DNA of 17,493 bases. It comes from an uncultured Gemmatimonadales bacterium. GTDB lineage: Bacteria; Gemmatimonadota; Gemmatimonadetes; Longimicrobiales; Gaopeijiaceae. The notes beneath the pieces were generated by a model that searched no databases, was not told the DNA's origin, and saw nothing but the letters and a program-made list of their open reading frames with translations. The first letter of the stretch is position 1. Each line of letters starts with the position of its first letter. The stretch is from assembly GCA_963809895.1 (NCBI GenBank), contig CAWELD010000002.1, forward strand, positions 1 to 17,493. The letters are read 5' to 3'. This document shows, one piece after another, positions 8,220 through 15,172 of the stretch. The position numbers and the translations under genes were made by a program.

Positions 8220-9434
8220 TCACTTGCGGGAGTCCTTTCCGCGGAATCGCTTCATGAGGTTGGGTACGAAGCCCGATCGGGTCTGGTCCTTCGTTTCACC
8301 GGCGACGCGAGAGCCGAGGCGGTTGAGGTCCTTGCCGACCCGGCTGCGGCCGTGCACGATGGGTCTGCCCAGATTGAGGCTCTGGACCACCGTCTCGTCA
8401 TCGAAACCCAACGTTGCGAAGACGCTGCTGCCCAACGCTTCTTCAACCTCGCGCTGACTCACGCCCGTTCCCTCGCGATACTGGTTCAGCACCACCTTGG
8501 GTGGCCCGCTGCCGTTGGTGGCGTTCCCCGCCACGAGCTCGAGGATACGGCGGAGGTTGCGGAGTGTGGGGAGTTCGGGCGTGGAGATCACCAGGCGATC
8601 GTCGGACTCCCGGAGGACTTCCGAGATGGGGACGGTGATGGTCGATCCGGCGTCCACGACGACGTAGGCGAAGTGGCGCTGACAGAGACGCACCAGACCC
8701 ACCAGTTGTTCGGTCGTGGGCTGGGCGTCCGCCGTAGCCAGCGTGGGAGACGCGAGCACGCAGACGCCGTTGGCGTCCTCCTCCAGGAAGGACTCCAGGA
8801 GCTCATCGTCGATGCGGTGGAAATTCTGGATGACGTCCAGATACGAATACCGAGGCCGGACACCCAGCACGAGGGCCGCCGTGCCCAGAGACGGAGTCAG
8901 GTCCAGGAGTAGCGTGGGCTTGTCGGTGGTGGTCCGGAGGTACACGGCCAGGTTGGCCGCCACGGTCGTGACGCCGGTGCCCCCTTTGGCGCTGAAGATC
9001 GAGAAAACCCGCCCGCGCGCTCCCGGGGTCTCGGGCTGGACCGGTCCTGCCAGACGGCGGCGGACCCGTTCGAACGCCGACAGCACGTCGCCGGTGTCGA
9101 ACGGCCGCGGAAGGTACTCCGCGGCACCCGAGCGCATGACCTCCAGCAGGGCCTCGGCACCCAGTGCCGGGCCCGCCACCACGATGGTGAGGTCCGGAGC
9201 GTCCTGGCTCAGGACCTTGAGCACCCGTAGGCCCGTGGTCGAGGCGTCTCCCAGATCGACGAAGGCCAGGCGCGGGTTCGCGCCCAGGATGCGGCTCACC
9301 GCCTCCCTGGGGAGCTCGTCGGCGGAGGCCTGGAGGTCCAGGGCCAGCCGGACATGGGCCTCGGAGCGCCGGGCGAGCTCCGCCACCTGGCGGCGAAAGC
9401 CGTCGTCACGGGAAACCAGCACGCAGTCGAGCAC
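8220..9434 (-). CDS. cpaE: CpaE/TadZ pilus localisation protein (receiver-like domain plus MinD/ParA-like domain)
   Basis: N-terminal receiver-like fold ([18 protein letters not shown]); deviant Walker [20 protein letters not shown]; lies directly before cpaF; GAGGAG RBS. Confidence 0.92.
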   Translation of the reverse strand: MLDCVLVSRDDGFRRQVAELARRSEAHVRLALDLQASADELPREAVSRILGANPRLAFVDLGDASTTGLRVLKVLSQDAPDLTIVVAGPALGAEALLEVMRSGAAEYLPRPFDTGDVLSAFERVRRRLAGPVQPETPGARGRVFSIFSAKGGTGVTTVAANLAVYLRTTTDKPTLLLDLTPSLGTAALVLGVRPRYSYLDVIQNFHRIDDELLESFLEEDANGVCVLASPTLATADAQPTTEQLVGLVRLCQRHFAYVVVDAGSTITVPISEVLRESDDRLVISTPELPTLRNLRRILELVAGNATNGSGPPKVVLNQYREGTGVSQREVEEALGSSVFATLGFDDETVVQSLNLGRPIVHGRSRVGKDLNRLGSRVAGETKDQTRSGFVPNLMKRFRGKDSRK

Positions 9435-9448
9435 GAGATCCAGCTCCT

Positions 9449-10682
9449 CTACTCTACGAGACGAAGGAAGAGGGTCAGAGAGCTGGTGGTCTCACCACTG
9501 CCTTCGCCAGAGCCACCTGCGTACTTGATGAAGCGGGCCGTGACGGGATCGCGGTTGCTTCCCTGCTCCTCGAGGAACATCAGCGCGAAGTTGTTGAAGC
9601 GGATCGACTGCAAGCCCGAGCCCTGGATCTCGCCGGGCTGGAAGAGTGCCAGCTTGACGATCCGGGGGCTGGTGAGACCAGGGAAGTCGGGCGAGATCAC
9701 GCTTTCCGTCATAGGGTCCCAGTAGGCATCGGGGTCCTGATCGATGAGGTCGCTGATCCCCTGGTTCGTGGGACCGATCATGTTGCCGGGCTCGATGTCG
9801 TAGGGCGTGTCCAGCTCGACGTCGCTGTTGTTGCAGGAGCAGATGTTGCGGCGATACACGGCGCCGCCTGTCGAGCCGCCGCCGCCGCCGCCGCCGGAGC
9901 ACTCCTCGATGTTCGGATCCTCGGGGATGCGCCAGGGAAGGAAGACGCCGGGCGCCGGCACGTACTCGCTGTTGGGGTCGGACATCTTCAGGTAGACCGT
10001 CCGGCCCACGTCGCCCACAGGATCGCCTGGATCCACGCCGGTTGTCCCGAGCGCCGCTGCCGTAGCCGGTGGCGCTGTAGTAGTCACTGGTCCCGTCGTT
10101 CGGGTCGCCGCCGCCGTACTTCGCGTAGGTGTCTCCGCTGTCCGGGTCCCACGTCCACTCCTCGCCGGGATCCCAGGCGTTGTTGCCGTTGGTATCGTCG
10201 TCCGGGTCGTGCCAGAGATCGGGCACGGCAAAGGGCTTGAGACAGCGCGCCGTGCCAGCCTGGAACGCCTGCGCCGCCGCCTTGGCGCCCACATCCATGG
10301 CGTCGACGCCCAGGACCCTGGCGAACCAGGTGGGCAATGCGGCCTTCGTGATCCACACGCGCACCTTCATCTCGTCCACCAGGACCTGCACCGTCACCTG
10401 CGACGAGTCCACCGGCTCGTTCCGCACCACGTTGCGCAGCGCGTAGTCGTAGGCCCGTGCCCTGGCGGAATCCTCCACCTCCGTCGAGCCCACGTCCAGG
10501 AAAGCGCTCCCGCCCGCCAGCGCGGACGCGTCGGCCACGCGCTGGGCCTCACTCCGCGCCGTCAGCGCCATACCCACGTCGATGGCCAGGGCCATCATCC
10601 CCAACAGGACCACCATGGACACGGCCACGATGGCGAGGGTCGCCCCCCGTCTCGGGTTCGGATATTGTCGACGCTTCAACAT
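9449..10682 (-). pseudogene. tadG: TadG-like pilin/adhesin protein with one +1 frameshift near 10040; real lesion or sequencing error
   Basis: ATG 10682 starts a Tad-type N-terminus (RRG|ATLAIVAVSMVVLLGMMALAIDVG...AQRVADASALAG). The frame changes at ...GSGARDN / GVDPGDPVGDVGR..., and the C-terminus ends ...FLRLVE* at 9449. The span is 1234 nt = 411 codons + 1 base. Confidence 0.85.
9875..9895. repeat. (GCC)7 trinucleotide run encoding Gly7 in the TadG-like protein
   Basis: Seven consecutive GCC on the + strand, read as GGC codons on the - strand (ECSGGGGGGGSTGG). Confidence 0.8.
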
Positions 10683-10705
10683 GGCTCGGTCTCCTGTTCG
10701 TCCAT

Positions 10706-12088
10706 TCAGCGGAGTAGCTCGCCGCCTCCGGCCGAGATGGCCGTGGTGTCGGCCCGGTTGCGGATCCAATCGCCGATGTGGCCGTCCCAGTCCCACCCTT
10801 CGGGAGTTCCCGTGGGCAGTGCCGGAGCGGGCAGCTGATCGGGGTCCAGGATGTAGGGGGTCACCAGCACCAGGAGCTCTGTCCGGTTCTGGCGCACACT
10901 CTCTGACTTGAAGAGGTAGCCCAGGATGGGGATGTCTCCCAGCACCGGGATCTTGTCCACGTCCTTGAGCATCGAGTTGTCCAGGAGCCCGCCGATGGCC
11001 AGCGTCTGGCCCGATGCCAGCTCCACGTCTGTGGTCACGCGACGGGACAGGACGCTGGGGATCTGGAATCCGCCGAAGGTGAGACCGTTGGCGAAGTCCA
11101 GTGACGACACCTCGGGCTCCACCGCCAGGCGCACGTTGCCCACGTTGGTAATGGTCGGGGTGAAGTTCAGACGGACGCCGTACTCCTTCCAGGTGATGGT
11201 CACGGCGTTGCTCTGCCCTCCCTGGATGCTCGGGAAGGGGAACTCGCCGCCGGCCAGGAAGGTGGCCTCCTGACCTTCGATGGTGACCAGATTCGGCTCC
11301 GACAGGCTCTTGAACTCGCCCGAATTCTTGAGGAGCTTGATCATGGCGTCCAGGCGGGAGCCGGCTCCCTCCACGAGCAGGGTCACCAGGCCGGAGGACA
11401 CCGTGGTGATGTCGTGGGTGTCCTCCTTGTCGAAGGCCTGGTCCAGCGTCTCGGGGTTCAGGACGTGCACCATGTCGGCACCCAGCTCCTTCATCACCGA
11501 GCGGCTCACCTCGGCGAACTCCACGTGCAGGAGAATCTGCTCGGGCGCCGGCGCGGAGATGTTGTCCACAATGGGCACCTCGAGAGTGTTGGCCAGCTCC
11601 AGGGCCTTCCTGCGCACGGCGGGGTCCCGCACCTCACCCGAGAGGATCACGGTCTGTCCGGTGGAGTTGACGCGGAACTCGGTGTCTGGGAAGAGATCCG
11701 CCAACTGCCGGCGCAGCGACTCCACGTCTGCCGTCACCTCGATGGTGAAGATCCGTGGAATGGAGCTCGCGCCCCAGAGCACCAGGCTCGTGGTGCCCAC
11801 CGTCTTGCCCCACACGATCAACTGGTTCGGGGGCTGGAGCCTGTAGTCTGCCACGTCCGGATTCGCGATGTCGACGATCCGGAGGCTGTCGGGGCGAGTA
11901 ATGACCGCCGAGGATCCCCGCGGCACGGTGATGACGCCCTGGACCTGGGTCTGGATGGTCTCTTGCGCCGCCAGCGCCACGGGGGCGCCAAGCATGGAAA
12001 GGGCCACGAGGACGCCTGCGGCGGTGCCGCGTCGTCTGCCAGCCTGGCCGCGGAGGGATTCCCGGATTCGGATCATCGGTCGGTGCAC
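10706..12088 (-). CDS. cpaC: Outer-membrane secretin CpaC/RcpA
   Basis: Signal peptide (…APVALAA|QE), N-domain IANPDVAD...GKTVGTTSL, BON-like VILSGEV, QILLHVEFAEVSR, EPNLVTIEGQEATFLAGGEFP, IPVLGDIPILGYLFKS...TELLVLVTPYI. Confidence 0.95.
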   Translation of the reverse strand: MHRPMIRIRESLRGQAGRRRGTAAGVLVALSMLGAPVALAAQETIQTQVQGVITVPRGSSAVITRPDSLRIVDIANPDVADYRLQPPNQLIVWGKTVGTTSLVLWGASSIPRIFTIEVTADVESLRRQLADLFPDTEFRVNSTGQTVILSGEVRDPAVRRKALELANTLEVPIVDNISAPAPEQILLHVEFAEVSRSVMKELGADMVHVLNPETLDQAFDKEDTHDITTVSSGLVTLLVEGAGSRLDAMIKLLKNSGEFKSLSEPNLVTIEGQEATFLAGGEFPFPSIQGGQSNAVTITWKEYGVRLNFTPTITNVGNVRLAVEPEVSSLDFANGLTFGGFQIPSVLSRRVTTDVELASGQTLAIGGLLDNSMLKDVDKIPVLGDIPILGYLFKSESVRQNRTELLVLVTPYILDPDQLPAPALPTGTPEGWDWDGHIGDWIRNRADTTAISAGGGELLR

Positions 12089-12125
12089 CTGTTGGTGTTG
12101 GACGAGGTTGATTCTCGTGGGGAAC

Positions 12126-12950
12126 TCAGTACGAGATGAGGGTGCGTACGCCGCCCTTGTACATCTCGATGATGCTGGGGCTGTTGTTGGTCGCGGCGGT
12201 GGTGCCCGTCCGGACCGTGGCGCCGGGGCGCCGGGTCCCGAACAGGCTGGACACCCGCTCGCCGTCGGTCTCCACCGTTTCCAGGTCGAGGGTATTGCGC
12301 AGCGCCATCTGGATGCGCCCCTGTGTGGAGGCGAGCACCAGCTTCTCTGCGTCTTCCGGCGTGACCAGCACGGTCACCACCGTCACGGTCATGGGCTTGC
12401 CGTCCTCGTCCCGGCGGATCTCCTGGCCGGCGGCCAACGCCCGGACGTTCTGCAGGATCACCTTGCTCCGGGGCTCGGCGCTCCCGTTCGGCTGGATGGT
12501 CAGGATCACGTCGACCCGGGTCTGGGGCGTCACGAAGCCTGCCACGCCGACCACCTCGTCGACGCGCACGCTCAGGGCGCGCATGCCTGTCGGGATGAGG
12601 GGTGGCAGGCCGGCTCCCTCGGCGGCGCCGGCGAGCTTGCTGTTCAGCACCGGCTCGTTGGTGCGGAGCTCCGCGATGAGCCCCCGGCCCACCACCTCGT
12701 TCAGAGAACGCGCATAGCCCTCCGGGACGGCATCGGACGGCCAGTCCACCAGGCGCACGTCGTCTTCGGTGACGACCTGCCCCAGGTCCAGGTCGCGGGC
12801 CGCCACGACGACGGGCAAGGAGGACCGGTTCGACTCCGCGGCGATCAGGCGGGTCGGCCTCTGCCGGAGGTAGGTGAGGATGGAGTACCCGGCCACGGCT
12901 CCGGAGAGCACGGCCAGTAGGAGGACGAGGGAAAGGCGCTTCTGTCTCAT
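12126..12950 (-). CDS. cpaB: Flp pilus assembly protein CpaB/RcpC
   Basis: N-terminal TM helix, SAF-like VVVAARDLDLG, GMRALSVRVDEVVGVAGFVTPQTRVDVI, VILQNVRALAAGQ, VTVLVTPEDAEKLVLA...IQMALRN. Confidence 0.95.
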   Translation of the reverse strand: MRQKRLSLVLLLAVLSGAVAGYSILTYLRQRPTRLIAAESNRSSLPVVVAARDLDLGQVVTEDDVRLVDWPSDAVPEGYARSLNEVVGRGLIAELRTNEPVLNSKLAGAAEGAGLPPLIPTGMRALSVRVDEVVGVAGFVTPQTRVDVILTIQPNGSAEPRSKVILQNVRALAAGQEIRRDEDGKPMTVTVVTVLVTPEDAEKLVLASTQGRIQMALRNTLDLETVETDGERVSSLFGTRRPGATVRTGTTAATNNSPSIIEMYKGGVRTLISY

Positions 12951-12965
12951 CGTATCATGCCCCGG

Positions 12966-13391
12966 CTATTCGTTTCTCATCACGAATTCGGTGGTCAACG
13001 TCAGCACATCGTCTCCCTGCGCGAGGGCGACGAGAGCGCCGAGCCACCGGAGTTGGTACGCGTACTCGATGGTGACCGTGGTGGGTTCTCCGCGGCCCGA
13101 ACCGAGGCCAACGATGGTGATCGTCGCGTCATCGGCGTCGAGGCTGGCCCGTTGCAGGGCCGAGCCGATGACGCTGCGGACGCTGTCCTCCGATGCGCCG
13201 TTGTCCACGGCGGCCGTGCGGGCCCCCTCGCGGGCGGCATCGGTCAGGACCTGGTAGACGTTCCAGGCCCTGGCGAAATCCACGAGGCCCAGAATCAGGA
13301 GGAGAAGGACCGGCGCCACCAGCGCGAATTCCACCAGTGCCTGGCCTCGCCGCCCGCTGCCACGGAGGCGGCGTCTGCGCGCGGCGCTCAT
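12966..13391 (-). CDS. tadE: TadE-family minor pilin (pseudopilin)
   Basis: Prepilin site RRG|QALVEFALVAPVLLLLILGLVDF (Glu at +5) and AAREGARTAAV; ATGA overlap with tadV. Confidence 0.92.
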   Translation of the reverse strand: MSAARRRRLRGSGRRGQALVEFALVAPVLLLLILGLVDFARAWNVYQVLTDAAREGARTAAVDNGASEDSVRSVIGSALQRASLDADDATITIVGLGSGRGEPTTVTIEYAYQLRWLGALVALAQGDDVLTLTTEFVMRNE

Positions 13392-13933
13392 CCGAAGAAG
13401 ACCTGCGGGCCCAACAGCGGCAGGAAGGCCCCGAGAATCGCGCCGCCGGCGATGGCGACGCCATAGGGGATCTTGGGCATGGTGGCGTTCAGGAGGGTGG
13501 GCCGATGACCGTAGCGGCCCAGGGTCGCGGTGTGGACCAGGAGATCCCTGGATCCCACGAGGACCATGACGATGGAGCCTTCGCGGATGGAGACCAGGAG
13601 GACGAGCACGCCGCCCAGGACTCCGGCGTACAGCGCGGCCGACACCATGGCCAGGGGCCCGAGAAACGCGCCGATGGCGGTAAAGAGCTTGGCGTCACCG
13701 GCGCCGATGGCACCCAGGGCGAAGAGCGGAAAGGTCGTCACCAGCCCCGCGGCGGCCCCGAGGAGCGCCTGAGAAGGCAGGCCGCTTTCGAGGAAGCTCG
13801 CGAGGAGCACGCCCGCTGCCAGACCCGACACCGTGATCCGGTTCGGGATGCGACGCTCGCGCGCGTCGGTCCAAGCCGAGGCGGACACGAGCGCCAGGAA
13901 GGCGGCGAGCTTCAGCAGGGCGACGAGGCTCAT
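13388..13933 (-). CDS. cpaA: Prepilin peptidase CpaA/TadV (A24 family)
   Basis: Two catalytic Asp motifs, AWTDARERRIPN and IGAGDAKL, C-terminal IPYGVAIAGG and multiple TM helices. Confidence 0.95.
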   Translation of the reverse strand: MSLVALLKLAAFLALVSASAWTDARERRIPNRITVSGLAAGVLLASFLESGLPSQALLGAAAGLVTTFPLFALGAIGAGDAKLFTAIGAFLGPLAMVSAALYAGVLGGVLVLLVSIREGSIVMVLVGSRDLLVHTATLGRYGHRPTLLNATMPKIPYGVAIAGGAILGAFLPLLGPQVFFG

Positions 13934-13957
13934 GGGACTCTGGGTTCGGGGTGGTTC

Positions 13958-14014
13958 GAACCGAGGAGAGTGCCGACCGGAGCAGGGCGCCCCGGCCGAC
14001 CTCTCCTTGGGTTC
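13958..14014 (-). promoter_or_regulatory. Long stem-loop just downstream of the flp stop codon (mRNA stabiliser or attenuator)
   Basis: Minus-strand RNA folds as GAACC-CA-AGGAGAG-GUCGGCCGGGGC [GCCCU] GCUCCGGUCGGC-A-CUCUCCU-C-GGUUC: 24 pairs including three G-U wobbles; no U-tract. Confidence 0.7.
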
Positions 14015-14021
14015 TGACGGA

Positions 14022-14219
14022 TCAGACCGTGGGGGCCCCGGTGCCCGCCGGGGCGCCGTCCAGCGCAGTGATGATCTTGCCGAACACCAGGCCGATGGCG
14101 TTCCGGAACAGCGTCAGGGCCAGGATGAGCCCGATCGACACCAGCGCGATGATCAGCGCGTACTCGGTGAGGCCCTGGCCGGACTCGTCGGTCCAGAACC
14201 GCTTCATGAGATCCTGCAT
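14022..14219 (-). CDS. flp: Flp family type IVc major pilin
   Basis: 65 aa; leader MQDLMKRFWTDESG| then QGLTEYALIIALVSIGLI (G-x4-EY Flp motif); AAAGGAG RBS at 14227-14233. Confidence 0.97.
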   Translation of the reverse strand: MQDLMKRFWTDESGQGLTEYALIIALVSIGLILALTLFRNAIGLVFGKIITALDGAPAGTGAPTV

Positions 14220-14363
14220 GGTGAGACTCCTTTCGGCTCGCGGCCGAGGTGATGAAGCCCAGGCGGCCCCCGTGGCCGCCCCGTGGCGTGGTCCCGGTCG
14301 TCATGTCGACCGGACGACAAGGCCCACCGCCAGTCGCGGGGGGGCCTCCGCTGCCGACCTTCG

Positions 14364-14380
14364 TACACGAGGCGTGCCAA
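14364..14380 (-). promoter_or_regulatory. Putative sigma54 (-24/-12) promoter for flp/tad operon
   Basis: Minus strand reads TTGGCACGCCTCGTGTA versus consensus TGGCACG-N4-TTGCW: perfect -24 block, correct spacing, degenerate -12 (GTGT for TTGC). Confidence 0.65.
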
Positions 14381-14396
14381 GAGCGTCCAAACGTCG

Positions 14397-14409
14397 TAAA
14401 GCATTGATG
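14397..14409 (-). promoter_or_regulatory. Putative IHF binding site
   Basis: Minus strand CATCAATGCTTTA versus consensus WATCAANNNNTTR (8 of 9 specified bases), in a locally AT-rich patch between the sigma54 box and the palindrome. Confidence 0.55.
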
Positions 14410-14453
14410 CGAAGGCATTTAAGCCACACAGACGACCCGGCGACGACTCGAAT

Positions 14454-14497
14454 CTGTAATGCTGCGTTACAGCTGCGGGGGTGGGGGCCGTTACAGC
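14454..14497. promoter_or_regulatory. Putative upstream activator sequence for an enhancer-binding protein
   Basis: Palindrome CTGTAATGC-T-GCGTTACAG at 14454-14472 (TGT-N11-ACA), plus a direct repeat of CGTTACAGC at 14465-14473 and 14489-14497; centred about 110 bp upstream of the inferred start site. Confidence 0.6.
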
Positions 14498-14627
14498 GAA
14501 AAGGCCCCGGGGTGGCGCGCCTGTGCGGCAGATTGCTGCGTGAGCGCAGAATGGTCGTCGCCACCGGGGTGGCATCCGGGAAACCGGCGCCGGCGGGCTC
14601 GCCGGGGTCGGCAGGATGAGAGCGCGG

Positions 14628-15155
14628 TCAGGTCTCCCGAACGGTGAGGACCGCGGTGTGGTTGACGGCGATACGCTCCATGACCTCCTGGGTCTCCCGG
14701 ACCCGCACGGAGCGGAGCGGTACGAAGCTGGGGTTGGAATCCAGATAGTCGGACATGCGCTGCTCGTCGGCGATGTTGAGGCGCACCCGAATGCCCACGT
14801 CGCCCACCAGCTCCAACTCCACCTCTCTCGACTGCTCGGTGGGTACCACGGCCGAGGACAGCGCCAGCGACGGGTCCTGGGGCACGACCCAGACGATCTG
14901 GGAGATACGGATGGCGAGGTGGGGGAGGGACGATCCGCCTCCGCGTCCGTCCAGCCAGTGTACCTCGGTGAGATTCAAGAACGCCTTGCGGGAATCCAGG
15001 AAGCCGATGAGCGACTGGCCTTCCGCCAGGTGCATGGTGCCTTCCAGAGCTCGATTGCCACGGAGCAGGAGTCGGACGCGCCGTCGGCGCAGGTAGACCC
15101 CACCGCGGTCGCGGGGAGAGTCCGTGCGATCGGGAGCGGGAGAGGGAAGGGGCAT
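14628..15155 (-). CDS. Hypothetical protein with two tandem DUF6812-like domains
   Basis: ATG 15155 lies 17 nt after the regulator stop. Two similar ~65-aa units: (LIGFLDSRKAFLNLTEV...LAIRISQIVWV) and (MSDYLDSNPSFVPLRSV...IAVNHTAVLTV). The longer ORF-track start overlaps the regulator and is rejected. Confidence 0.75.
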   Translation of the reverse strand: MPLPSPAPDRTDSPRDRGGVYLRRRRVRLLLRGNRALEGTMHLAEGQSLIGFLDSRKAFLNLTEVHWLDGRGGGSSLPHLAIRISQIVWVVPQDPSLALSSAVVPTEQSREVELELVGDVGIRVRLNIADEQRMSDYLDSNPSFVPLRSVRVRETQEVMERIAVNHTAVLTVRET

Positions 15156-15172
15156 GGAACGCTCGGGCGAAG

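Noticed and set aside
8220..9434. Degenerate Walker A (KGGTGVTT) and receiver lacking the conserved Lys in CpaE
   Set aside because: These deviations are normal for the CpaE/TadZ family, not novel.
1847..14219. Myxococcus Kil-type predatory Tad system
   Set aside because: No FHA-domain genes or multiple pilin arrays are visible in this window; nothing here specifically indicates contact killing.
14560..14606. Short GC hairpins after the DUF6812-like gene as an intrinsic terminator
   Set aside because: Only 6-bp stems with no adjacent U-tract; expected by chance at this GC content.
14220..14620. Possible c-di-GMP or other riboswitch, or small ORFs, upstream of flp
   Set aside because: I could not find the conserved c-di-GMP riboswitch motifs, and the ORFs there lack RBS and coding character; an Rfam scan would be the definitive test.
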